The notes: generated by a model from the sequence alone, not told the origin. Shown: positions 51,783-63,417, numbered from the stretch's first letter. The stretch is DNA of 64,000 nucleotides from Octopus sinensis (GCF_006345805.1 NC_042997.1:192820001-192884000); one strand, 5' to 3'. Made by a program: numbers and translations.

Positions 51783-53024
51783 ATGAATAACAATCCTCAG
51801 TTTTCTCATTCATATAGCAACCTAGCTAATGGTTACTATAACTACCCCGCTAACCAATGGTACCAGCCGGTTCCTTATAATATTACCCCTAATGGCAATG
51901 TCCCATCTCTGGTTACCTCAAGTAACTCCTCTACGACTACCAATTCCAAAAACACCAACAATAATTCTAACAGTTCCATTAATGCCATACAGCCAAGCGC
52001 ACCTCCCCTGCCCCCTCCTCCCCCATATACTGTATTCCCATCTAATACCCAACATTCAGACACCAGGGCCCATTCGGCACCACCTCCTAGCTACTATCAA
52101 TCTCTCACCTTCTCACTTCCTCCGGCTACCCAGTTCTCCCCTTCCAACTTCTCTCCTCCCCCCATCAACCAAAGTTTCCCCACCGGCCCCACTAACCAAT
52201 GTTCCCCTACCAGCTTCTCTCCTCCTCCCCCCTATAACCAGTGTTCCCCTCCTGGCTTCTCTCCTCCCTCCTATAATCAACGTCCTCCTACTAGCTTCTC
52301 TCCTCCTCCTAACCAATATTCCTCACCCAATGTCCAACATTCTTCTTCAAATGGTAATCTCAGTAATTGCTCAACTCCACCTTCTCCCACCCACACTCAG
52401 TATCCCCCATCACCTACCCACTACTACCCTTATCCCTATGGCTACCCTTCTCTTATCAATCATTTTGCCACTTATCGACCTCCGCCCCCTCTTGACTATA
52501 TTCCCAAATATATTGATGATCAATGGAAAGAAAGGATATGCAAGTTTTTGGACTTACCTTATGACCCCCGAGCTAATACTAATAATAACCCTATCTTAAA
52601 AGGGGGCTATTACGGGACTGTTTATTCTGTAATGAGTGATGGCAACTGTTTTTTCCGCTGCATCAGTCAGGAGTTGACCGGACAGCAGACATATCATTCC
52701 AAATTACGAGCAAAATTGTGTGAATTTATTGAAAGCCATAGAGAAAAATTTGAAGCTTATGTCGACTGCAGCTTCTCAAAACATCTTCGGAGAATGAAAA
52801 GAGACAGTACATGGGCAACTCATGCTGAAATATTCGGCATGGCAACTCTTCTTGGTTGTTCCATTTATGTCAACACAAAATATGGTTTCACAACCGAATG
52901 GCTGCAGCATGACCCAGTGTTTCAGTATCACACGCCACTGCCAGGCTACCATCGACAGCCAGCTCTGGGGAAAATCTATGTGATTCATGTCGGAGAAGTA
53001 CATTTTAATCTCTTCGTTGTGTGA
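51783..53024 (+). CDS. Intronless OTU-family cysteine protease (putative deubiquitinase) with Pro/Tyr-rich N-terminus, nested in the WIP intron
   Basis: 413-aa ORF; SDGNCFFR (D286, C289), WATHAEIFGMA, HFN (H407, N409); in-frame stop 39 nt upstream; AATAAA at 53807 and 53849. Confidence 0.88.
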   Translation: MNNNPQFSHSYSNLANGYYNYPANQWYQPVPYNITPNGNVPSLVTSSNSSTTTNSKNTNNNSNSSINAIQPSAPPLPPPPPYTVFPSNTQHSDTRAHSAPPPSYYQSLTFSLPPATQFSPSNFSPPPINQSFPTGPTNQCSPTSFSPPPPYNQCSPPGFSPPSYNQRPPTSFSPPPNQYSSPNVQHSSSNGNLSNCSTPPSPTHTQYPPSPTHYYPYPYGYPSLINHFATYRPPPPLDYIPKYIDDQWKERICKFLDLPYDPRANTNNNPILKGGYYGTVYSVMSDGNCFFRCISQELTGQQTYHSKLRAKLCEFIESHREKFEAYVDCSFSKHLRRMKRDSTWATHAEIFGMATLLGCSIYVNTKYGFTTEWLQHDPVFQYHTPLPGYHRQPALGKIYVIHVGEVHFNLFVV

Positions 53025-53474
53025 AGAAGAATTTTCAAGAAACGGATTAAATTTACTCATTCTTCAGTCGTAATCAACCATCTTACCTGTTTTTCGCACA
53101 AAAGTAAGAGTTGCTTTACACTCTGCTGTTATTCATTTTCTGTAACAAAACCATTTATCTGGACTCTTCCTGGTCTGTTTCATCCTCATCTCCAAATTAT
53201 AAACTTACCGTGAATATCATTATAAACTCTGTACTCGTTTGGCTGCTGTAGTGCTAATTGGAATTTCTTTATGAAGAACCAGGAATGTTATAATTAACCT
53301 GTGTCTATAGGAATTTTTAAAACAAAAAAAAATATAGAAAAGATTCATAGTGAGTTGTAATTTATTCTTTCTTTAAAATTCTAAGTTTTATTGTTCTTAC
53401 AACTTAGTTTATTATAAAATTTAAGTTAACTTTGTTGCTTTATAATTGAAGTCTACTGTTATGACTTTTGCTTA

Positions 53475-53745
53475 TATCATCATCTTCATCATCTTCATCA
53501 TCATCTTCTTCATCTTCTTCATCATCATCATCTTCTTTTTCATCATCTTCATCATCATCATCATCATCTTCATCTTCATCATCATCTTCATCATCATCAT
53601 CTTCATCTTCATTATCATCATCATCATCATCTTCATTATCATCTTCATCATCATCATCATCACCATCATCATCATCTTCATCATCATCTTCATCATCATC
53701 ATCATCTTCTTCTTCTTCTTTATTATTATTATTATTACCAGTTCA
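53475..53745. repeat. (TCA)/(TCT)/(TTA) trinucleotide tract
   Basis: Seen directly. Confidence 0.95.
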
Positions 53746-54132
53746 ATGCTACTCAAATTCTTGTTAATGTCTGACCAAGTAATACTAACTTCAAATTGTA
53801 GTGTTGAATAAAAGCATCCATTATGTGAAATGAATTGTTCTTCTCACCAATAAATTTAAACTTTTGAGGCAATGAACTGTCAGGTTATGATACACACATT
53901 GGTAAATTTGATGTAAGACCTTCAGGTATAATTTGTTGTTGTTTGCATGTATCCAGACATTTATCATTTCTGAATATGTGCAGATGACAGCATCATTTCA
54001 CATAACGAATGCTATTATTCAACTCTACAGTTCAAAGTTAGTATTGCTTGGTCAAACAGTAACAAGAATTTGAGCAGCCTTGAATAGATTTGTTCTTCTA
54101 AAAGTCATTTCTCTATTATTATATCATTATTA

Positions 54133-54474
54133 CAGTGTGGAAGGTGTTTATAAGCCATTTAAGAAACACACAAAATCCGTTAGATTCACTTCAACATTTC
54201 AATTTAATTTGTCAAAATATTTCCGTCGCTTTGAGACCGCGACCTGTTCACTGACAAAATTCCGTGCTGCATCCCTTAGATTTTGTCAGTGAACAGATCG
54301 TGGTCTCAAAGCGACAAAGATATTTTGACAAATTAAATTGAAATGTTGAAGTGAATCTAACAGTTTTTGTGTGTTTCTTAAATGGCTTATAAACACCTTC
54401 CACGCCGCAATTGTTTTCGTTCCAGCACACGATCTCAGATCAGGTCACTTGCTATGCAAGTACATCTCTGTAAT
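54133..54474. mobile_element. Fold-back element, Penelope-like candidate
   Basis: 124-bp arms (54137-54260, 54280-54403), 19-bp spacer; atatcattatta repeated at 54121-54132 and 54475-54486 (TSD-like). Confidence 0.8.
54208..54260 (-). ncRNA. Minimal hammerhead-like motif, G3-C8 variant
   Basis: UUUGUCA-GUGAACA-G-GUCGC-ggucucaaa-GCGAC-GGAAAUAUUU-UGACAAA: 7-bp stem I, 5-bp stem II, palindromic AAUAUU; A13>G in this copy; mirror copy at 54280-54332 more decayed. Confidence 0.5.
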
Positions 54475-54691
54475 ATATCATTATTATTATTAAGATTATA
54501 TCGTTAGCATGCCACACATAGTGCTTGATGGCATTTCAGCCACCTTTATGTTCTAAATTCAAATTTCACCAGGGTAGACTTTGCTCTTTATTTTTTCAGG
54601 GTTACATCAACTCCAGTTGATCACTGGGGTTGATGTAACTGACTTACCCCACTCCTCTGAAATTACTGGCCTTGTGCCAAAATTTGAAACA

Positions 54692-56385
54692 TTATTATTA
54701 TTACTACTACTACTACTTATTTTTAATTTACATGTTTGTTACAATCACTTGCCAAGACACACCCAGCATCCTAGGGCGAGTGAAGGCTAAGAAATGTTAC
54801 AGTATGATTGAAAGCTTGGAGAGGGGAAGTGGTAGGGGCAGTAGTGAAATATATCTTCATGCAATACAACACAGACATTTAAATTCATAGGGGCTTTCTG
54901 AGGATGTGAGCAGAACTTGTTAGCATAATCTTTTGGATTTCTCTGAGACATGGTTTTCCTGCGACGTTGTCTAGATGTTTCTGACATCCTTTTTTTTTAT
55001 CATATCAAGAGTATCTACAAATACAGGAATAGTTTTTACCTCTTGCATTTCAATTTCTGGGTCCTTAAATTTACTTATTTTGTCAAATTCTTTGACAGAT
55101 ATATTTGTATCAGTGGGAACACTTACATCTATTAGTCTACAAGTATTTTCTTCCCTGTCTTTTATGACTATGTCTGGTTGATTAGCCTGGATCGTTCTGT
55201 TGGTGTTGACTGGAAAATCCCAGAGGATAGTGACATTTTTACCTTCAATGGCTGGCTCAGGATGATGTTCATACCAGTAAGCAGGAATGTTGATTTTTAT
55301 AGTGTTTACATATTTTCCAATGTAAATACTGTCCTCCCCTATTGTGGCAATTTTTGTATTTGTTTGGTGTCAGCACTGGACATCCCTAGATTAGATGGTC
55401 TATTGTTTCTTCAAATGTGTCACAGAATCTGCATTTGGGGTCAGAACCATTTTGAAGAACATTAGCCTAGGTGTTTTTGGTAAGCAAGCTTTGGTCTTGT
55501 ATTGCTAATATGAAACCTTCAGTCTCTGCTTTCAGTCCTGAACTTCTCAGCTACTGATGGCCTGTTGCTTGGTCTACATCAGCATTTCGGCTTCAAAGTA
55601 TACACTATCCACGATGAGGCTTCTGGCCCCACCGCTCCTCAATTTGTTTCTGCCCTTTCTTTTTTGCAGTCTGTTTGATTCGTTTTGCTTGTTTGGTAGC
55701 AGTGGTTTCAGGTTCTTCATCTAATTTAGAGTTAATGCCGAGTTCCCTTGTGAATTTGCAAGCTTCCTTGACAATAGAATGTAATTTTTTGCCGCCTTTG
55801 TGTTTGCACACAAGCAACAGCATCCAGTCCTCTGTATTAGATAAGTACCTGTTCATTGCTATTGTGGAGGTCCTATAGCACAGTTCTACCTGCATCGTTC
55901 CTCTTCCCCTAATACTTCTAGGTAGGTACAGAGAATCAACATCTGCATTTGGATGGTGCATGTTCTTAGATGTTAGTAGTTTTCTTATCATCCTGTCCAG
56001 GTGTTGGAGCTCTATAAGATTCTAGTTAATGATGTTAAAACTGTATTGGACTACTGGAAGTGCAAGGGTGTTAATGGCTTCATTGCAATTTTTGGAATTG
56101 AGTCCAGTTTTTAGTATGAGTCTTATTCTTCTGTAATATTCCTTTCTTATTTTTTCCTTTATGGTAGCATGTTGTATACCATCTCCTTCGTTTATCCCCA
56201 GGTATTTACTGCTTTCTTGTGGGTCAAGCTCCTTGATGGTAGTGTCAGTATCTAATTTAACAGAAGCTGTTTGCTTCAGCTTGCCACTTACAAAAGTTGC
56301 TTTAGCACACTTATCAAGGACAAAATCCATTCCGATGTCATTACTGAATTCCTTAACAATTGATAACAGCCCTGCTATCAATAAA
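54692..56385 (-). mobile_element. 5'-truncated R4/Dong-like non-LTR retrotransposon (RT C-terminus, CCHC, restriction-like endonuclease)
   Basis: KYLG, LYLPRSIRGRG, CRFC...ETIDHLI.GC, NQPDIVIKD...LIDVSVP...KE.DK; stops and frameshifts; 3' end runs into (TAG)(TAA)n. Confidence 0.88.
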
Positions 56386-56469
56386 ACAAGTACCAGTTGA
56401 ACATTGGGGTCACTGTAATTGAGTCATCCCCTCCCCCAAAATTGCTGCCCTTGTGGAAAAATTTGAAAC

Positions 56470-56502
<33 letters not shown>

Positions 56503-56713
56503 GGCGGTGAGCTGGCAGAGTCGTTAGCACTCTGGATGACATGCTTAGCGGTATTTTGCCCCTCGCTTTGTTCTGAGTTCAAATTCTGCCAAGGTTGACT
56601 TTACCTTTCATCATTTCAGGGTCAATAAAATAAGTACCGGTTATGCACTGGGGTCGATGTAATCAACTCCATCCCTTCCCCCAAATTTCAGGCCTTGTGC
56701 CTCCAGTTGAAAA

Positions 56714-56747
<34 letters not shown>

Positions 56748-56950
56748 ATGTTGTTAGCATGCTGCACGAAATGTTTAATAGTCTTTCATCTGTCTTCGTG
56801 CTCTGACTTCAAATGCTGCTGAGGTTGACTTAGCCTTTCATTGTTTTAGGGTTAGTAAAATAAGCACCAGTTGATCCCTGGGGTTAATGTAGTTGACTAG
56901 CCCCTCTCAATGAAATTTCAGGCCTTGTGCCTATAGTAGAAAAAAATCAT
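56386..56950 (+). mobile_element. Array of three SINE A variants separated by (TTA)n
   Basis: Repeated aagtaccagtt..ctggggt..atgta units, tails in (TTA)n. Confidence 0.75.
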
Positions 56951-57476
56951 TATCATTGTCAGATTTAACCAATCTTATCATAGATTATGTTTCAGAGAAG
57001 AAACAGCCCAAAAGATATCAGTCACATGGAAAAATAGTGTTAATTCATTCAATGTAGGAAACATCGAAAAGCTAATTAGGAATAATTAGGCAACGAGAAA
57101 ATGACACTTCCATGCTATCATGATGAATGACATTCTGGATTGACGATAAACATTTTCTATTTAGCTGACCTTTGTCACCAAAGGTGTGCAGTGATGGCAC
57201 ACTGAATGAAAGGAATTTAAGCCACAGAAATGTAAATACATGGTTCTAGTCAGAGAAAGTGGGAGAGAGGGAGAAAAAGAGACAGACAGACAGACAGGCA
57301 GAGAGGGGTTGGGGGTAGTAAACTCTGTTCATCGTCTTCTGTTTTATTCCATTCAATAACTTCTACCATATTTTTCTGTTTAATATAGAAAATATGGAAA
57401 AGGTATTTAATGGAATGAAATTAATGAGAGAAAATGAATTAATTCATTACACATCTCTCTCTCTCACTCTCACTCA

Positions 57477-57481
57477 CTCAC

Positions 57482-57552
<71 letters not shown>

Positions 57553-57557
57553 AACAC

Positions 57558-57649
<92 letters not shown>

Positions 57650-57652
57650 CAC

Positions 57653-57702
<50 letters not shown>

Positions 57703-57750
57703 CACAACACACACACACACACACACACACAAAACACACACACACACACT
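57477..57750. repeat. (CA)n microsatellite with CAA interruptions
   Basis: Seen directly. Confidence 0.95.
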
Positions 57751-57863
57751 TGTAAAGCATTTACATTTTTACTTCTTTATGGTTTAAATTTATTTGATTG
57801 GGTTTCCTATCTCTGCACACTTTCTGATAAAATGTCAATTAATTAAATTGAAAGTATCACAAA

Positions 57864-57869
<6 letters not shown>

Positions 57870-57904
<35 letters not shown>

Positions 57905-58513
57905 TGGTGGTGCTCCAGCATGGCCACAGCTCGTGAGCTGAAACTAGATAAAATAAAAATAATTCTTTCTACTGGAATAATAATGATATTAATAATCAAT
58001 AATAATAATATTAATAATAACTATCAATAATAATGATATTAATAATAATCTTTTCTACTGGAAGCACAATGCTTCAAATTTGTGGGGAGGGGACTAGTCA
58101 TTTACATCGACCTCAGTGTTAAACTGGTACTTATTTTATTGACCCCTCGAAAGGATAAAAGGCAGAGTCAATCTCGGCAGAATTTGAACTCAGAACATAG
58201 CGACAGGTGAAATACTGTTAAGCGTTTCATCCAGCATGCTTACAACTCTGCCAGCTTGCCACCTTATTAATAATTATAATAATTATAATTATTATTATTT
58301 CAAATTTTTGCCACAAGGGCAGCAATTTTGGGGAAGTTGGGGTGAGTTAATTACATCGACCCCAGTGTTAAACTGATACTTATTTTATTCACCCCTCGAA
58401 AGGATGAAAGGCAAAGTTGACCTTGGCAGAATTTGAACTCGGAATATAACAGCAGACGAAATACCACTAAGCATTTCGCCCGGTGTGCTAACGATTCTGC
58501 CAGCACACCGCCC

Positions 58514-58544
<31 letters not shown>

Positions 58545-58830
58545 ATTAATAATCCTTTCACAAGGTTAGTTGATTACATTAACCTCGGTGCTCAACCGGT
58601 ACTTATTTTATTACCCTGAAAAGGATTAAAGTTAACCTCAGCAGGATTTGAACTTTCCATAAAAGCCAGAAGAAATGTCGCTAAGCATTTTTCGTCTGAT
58701 GTGCTAACGATTCTGACTGTAATAATAATCATGGTTTCAAATTTTGGCTCAAGGCCAGCAAGTGTGGGGGTGGGGGTACTTATTTCACAACCCTGAAAGG
58801 ATGAAAGGCAAAGTCAACCTTGGCCAAGTA
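57870..58830 (-). mobile_element. Array of three SINE A variants in (TAA)n
   Basis: Reverse-oriented equivalents of the 56.4-kb array, plus a SINE B tail fragment. Confidence 0.7.
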
Positions 58831-59029
58831 ATAAAACATAATGTTTGTTTTTACATAATTTCTTTTATATTTAGGTGTAATGTTACAAGAAACATTAAAC
58901 TTCATTGTATACTATTGTTTCATTCTTTAGTGGGTGGTAGAAAGATAGATTTTTAGTCTGGACTTAAATTTCAAATGGGATTAACAATGATTTTTATCCA
59001 GCTGAAAAATATGAGATTTTCACATATTC

Positions 59030-59710
59030 TGTGACATGAAGTATTCCAGATTGCAAGGCAACGTGCTAAAGAGAATTGAGACATTGTTGGGGAAAAGTAT
59101 ATTTGGAATGGTAATGGCACATTGGCCCTTGCTGATACTGAAAACAAAAGGACCTGGAAGTGCTACTGAGAAGTTGTTGAATGAGGATAATGCATGGAGA
59201 GAGGTGGGGTTACTCGAAATAAACCCAACAGAGATACCAATCATTGAAGTTACCAGGCATTGATCATCATCATCTTCATTTAACATCCATTTTCCATGCT
59301 GGCATGGTTTCTACGGCCGGTTGCCCTTCCTAATGCCAACCACTCTAAGAGTATAGTGGGTGCTTTTTACACGCCACTGGCACAGGTGCCAGTGACACAA
59401 CACCGGCATTGGCCATGACTACAATTTCATTTGGCTTAACAGATTTTCTCAAGCACAGTATATCGCCAAAGGCCTTGATCATTTGTCACTGCCTCCATGA
59501 GGCCCAATGTTTGAACAGTGTTTTTAATGTGCCAGTTAGGCAACACTGGTATTGGCTTTGACTACAATTTCACTTGACTTGATGGGTCTCCTAAGGTCTC
59601 AGTCACTTGTCATTGTCTCTGTGAGGCCCAACATTCAAAGATCATGCTTCACCACCTCGTCCCATGTCTTCCTGAATCTACCTCTTCCACAGGTTCCCTC
59701 CACCATGCAG
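59030..59710. mobile_element. RTE LINE fragments (59030-59200 plus, 59262-59710 minus)
   Basis: Plus: EVFQIARQRAKEN*DIVGEK...EKLLNEDNAW. Minus: VEGTCGRGRFRKTWDEVVKHDL plus 3' UTR. Confidence 0.7.
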
Positions 59711-60050
59711 CTAAAATCAAATCTTGTTTCTGCATTTTAAAGTAACATAATTTTTCCTTGCTTACTTTCCTCTTTGTTGAGTCTTAAGGGTATTGGCCAT
59801 GGAATGGTTCATCTGTTTATTCTGTAGACTTATGTCTTCTTTTGCGTGTATCCTTTCAATTACCTTGTCATTATTGAAATATTTTCACTTAATATTTTTT
59901 CTCTTTTATGCTGGGTGAAATGCTTAGCAGTACTTCGTCTGCCGTTACATTCTGAGTTCAGTTCTGCCGAGGTTCACAGAGCATAAACAGCCAGAAGAAA
60001 TGTCTTCAAGCATTTCACCTTATATGCTTACAGTTCTACTAGCTTGCCTA

Positions 60051-60083
<33 letters not shown>

Positions 60084-60084
<1 letters not shown>

Positions 60085-60173
60085 TGAGAAAGCAACCATA
60101 CCATGGGGATGTGCCAATACATACAGATAGAGAAATTAAGGCCAATAGGCCAGATATAGTTGTCAGAGATCAT
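60084..60173 (+). mobile_element. R4/Dong-like endonuclease-domain fragment fused to (AAT)n
   Basis: DVPIHTDREIKANRPDIVVRDH directly downstream of an (AAT)n run. Confidence 0.7.
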
Positions 60174-60789
60174 CTAGGTTAAATAAGTACCAGTTACACA
60201 CTGGGGTCAATGTAATTGACTTAATCCCTTTGTCTGTCCTTGTTTGTCCCCTCTGTGTTCAGCCCCCTGTGGGCAATAAAGGAATAAATATTTTTTCTCT
60301 TTATTAAAAAAGTTGCTATACAGTTAAGAAGGTTGTAATGCAAACACATGGTTTCAGGTTCAATACTACCACATGGCCCAAAACCTTGCCAGTGGATTCA
60401 GTAGACGAAAACTAAAAGACACCTGTTATATGTATATGTGTTTATATATGTGTGGGTTTGTGTGTGTGTGTGTGGCTATTTATGTTTCCTTGTCCAGAGA
60501 GTGTGTTAATTGTAAATAAACATCATACAAACAGTGTTACTTGTGTGCAACCTTCCGCAAAAACATGTCCAGCCATTATACTGTAAAAAGCTTTCAGTTC
60601 ACTCTGTAAAGTGGTTGGCATTAAGAAGGGCAACCAGCTGTAAAACCATTCCAAAACAGACAATGGAGCTTGGTGCAGTTCTCTGGCTTGTCAGCTCCTG
60701 TTAAACCATCCAGCCCATGCCAGCATAAAAGACAGACATTAAATGATGATGATGATGATGATGTAGTAGCAGTTTGGTTCTCATCCTGG

Positions 60790-60945
60790 ACCCAATACAA
60801 CTGACCACGTATTCACTTTATGGCAGGTCTTTGAGAAATCATGGGAATATTACCAAGTAGTGTACATTTGCTTCGTAGACCTCAAAAAGGCTTACAACTG
60901 CATGTTTTGAGGCATGCTGTGGAGGGTTTTGCAGGAGTTCATTTT
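60790..60945 (+). mobile_element. RTE-type reverse transcriptase fragment
   Basis: TTDHVFTLWQVFEKSWEY...CFVDLKKAYN. Confidence 0.75.
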
Positions 60946-61415
60946 TAGTATTCTTGTTTGTGAGAGCAGTCGTGTTTATTTTAGATATTTTCATTTTAAA
61001 AATCATCTCCGGCTAATCATTGAGAGGATGTTGGTGTTGCCTTGGCGGAGGTTTGCACTCTCTGAGTGTTCTTGTTTGTTATTTATTTTATCAATTGACA
61101 AAAAGCTAGTCAGCCTTGGCATAAACCAGATGGCATTAAATACTGCAAACCCTGTTTTGTTTTGTTTTGTTTTTTTTGTTACATTCAACAATTTCATTCA
61201 TCTCACACCAAGATATATAGATTTTTATTTCATTGCTTTTTTTTCATTTTTGTTCTTTCCTTCTTTGTCTAAGTCAGTTATAACCCCCTTCGTATCTAGG
61301 ATGCTATATGGGAATGCAATGATAAGAATACTTCTGATTTAGTTATCACTGGTAACGATTTGATAGAGTTGGAAGATGGATACAAGAACAAGTAGTTTGC
61401 GTGAATGTGTAAATA

Positions 61416-61981
61416 TTGGGTTGTCCGGAAAGTTCGTGCCGAATTTTAAAGGATAGAAAAAGATCAATAAATACTTGCCATTACATTTTTAATCAACCAA
61501 ATATGAACCATTTTGTTGTACAATGCGTCTTCATCTTTCCTTTAACTTGAAAATACCCTCTTCCCAGAACTTAGGTGGTTTCATAGCAAAGAATTCATCA
61601 AGGTATCTTTTTACGGCATCCAAGGAATTGAAATTTTTACCATTAAGACTATTCTGCAGAGACCTGAATAAGTGGAAATCCGAAGGAGCAATATCTGGTG
61701 AATATGGAGGGTGGGCTAACACACCCCAGCCGAGCTGCAGAAATTTTTGTCTGGTTCCCAAAGCATCAAGTGCCAAAAATGAACTTTCTTATCTTCCAAT
61801 TTAAAGGGTTACAGAATTAACACATGTTATAGGAACATAAACCTTCCTCCACAAAAAGATAGCTTAAACTGTGCTCTAAATAGAGGTGTAGTCAAATCCT
61901 ATTTTATGGACTCAACCATGTTCTAAAATAAGTCGAAAGGTAAGCTACTATAAATTGGCACGAACTTTCCGGACAACCCAA
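61416..61981 (-). mobile_element. Non-autonomous, internally deleted mariner with perfect TIRs
   Basis: 25/25-bp TIR TTGGGTTGTCCGGAAAGTTCGTGCC, TA TSD; HPPYSPDIAPSDFHLFRSLQN C-terminal transposase fragment. Confidence 0.95.
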
Positions 61982-62549
61982 TAGAACCAGGCACAGAGTA
62001 GGATCATTTCAATAGTGTGTTGGCGATAGTAAATGTTTCTGTTGGTACTGATAAGATGAAATTTGTTAACATCTACTCATTTCAAGAACTTTTATACCAG
62101 AAGCGCTGACAGGGCTCTGCCTCACTTCTGTCCTTGAAGACTTGCATACCCACCTACCTCTTTCTCTCTATACATAATGGACTAACCAACAGCAGCTCAT
62201 TTGCTCAACAGAACACATAGAATTAATTTTATGCTGACCCCTTTTTCCTTATTGTTTTAAATATGCTGAGGTGCATGATCTAGTGGTTAGGACATTGCAT
62301 CTGTAATCGTGAGATTGTGGTTTCAATTCTCAGACTTGATGGTGCATTGTATTCTTGAGTAAAATACTTCGTTCAGCATAGCTCCAGTCCACTCAGCTGT
62401 AAATGTGAAGGACTGGCACCCCTTACATGTGGCATATTGTGATCTTGATCTCACACCAGGTCCTAGGAGTCCTAGAGACATTAATATCCAGATGTTGTTG
62501 ATGATGATGATTAACTGTTTTTACATATTTGTCTTTTGTTCTCTTCTAG

Positions 62550-62654
62550 ATATTACAAAACGTGGCCATTTCCATGATGTATATGAATTTCCACCTCCTG
62601 AGCCTTTTAGTGGGTGTGCAAAGACATACCCTAGTCGTAATTCAAGAAATGCTG
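62550..62654 (+). CDS. WIP: WIP/verprolin WASP-binding-domain exon
   Basis: ttctcttctag| acceptor, CTG|gtaagt donor, 105 nt, phase 1-1; DITKRGHFHDVYEFPPPEPFSGCAKTYPSRNSRNA aligns with WIP ESRFYFHPISDLPPPEPY..TKSYPSK. Confidence 0.92.
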
Positions 62655-62859
62655 GTAAGTCAACTAATACACATTCTTTTTGTGTGTGTGAGTACTGTCT
62701 CCAACACCGGTCAGTTGTCCAGTCAGCCATGCCTACTTGTCTGTGTCCAAACAGCTGGACCCAGTTATTTCATTCTGACCTGTTGATGTAGAGTCATCCA
62801 TTTCATTTGGAAAAAAAAAAAGACAATGCCTAGATTTTTTTTCAATTTTTGTCATGGCC

Positions 62860-63360
62860 GATGCCAGTACCACTTGACTGGCACCTGTACTGGTGGCACA
62901 TAAAAAGCACCATTCGAGCGTGGTCATTGCCAGTGCCACCTGACTGGCTCCCATGCAGGTGGCATGTAAAAAGCACCCGCTACACTCTCAGAGTGGTTGA
63001 CATTAGGAAGGGCATCCAGTTGTAGAAACCTTGCCAGATCAGATTGGAGCCTGGCAGAAACGTCAGCACGTCGGGTGAAATGCTTAGCGGTATTTCGTCT
63101 GCCGTTACGTTGTGAGTTCAAATTCCGCCAAGGTCGACTTTACCTTTCATCCTTTCGGAGTCGATAAATTAAGTACCACTTATGCACTGGGGTCGATGTA
63201 ATCGACTTAATACCTGTGTCTGTCCTTGTTTGTCCCCTCTATGTTTAACCCCTTGTGGGTAATGAAAAAATAGGTACAGCCTTCTGGCTTGCCAGCCTTG
63301 AGTCAAACCGTCAAACCCATGCCAGCATGGAAGGCAGACGTTTAACGATGATGATGATGA
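62860..63360 (+). mobile_element. RTE 3' tail interrupted by SINE A (63053-63272)
   Basis: RTE tail sequence resumes at ggtacagcc after the SINE. Confidence 0.8.
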
Positions 63361-63417
63361 ACATATTCTAGGTGCTGGCCACACAGCTGGGGTTCTTTGA
63401 CAATTAGCATAATCTTT

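Noticed and set aside
39548-51790. WIP-OTU fusion by splicing into the OTU ORF
   Set aside because: The WIP exon ends in phase 1, but the good acceptors before the OTU ATG (51761, 51769) are phase 0 and 2. Only a weak internal AG fits, so it is not supported without reads.
59036-59263. Purine-rich ORF as a missing WIP exon
   Set aside because: Wrong phase, and another frame reads as a degenerate RTE ORF2 segment.
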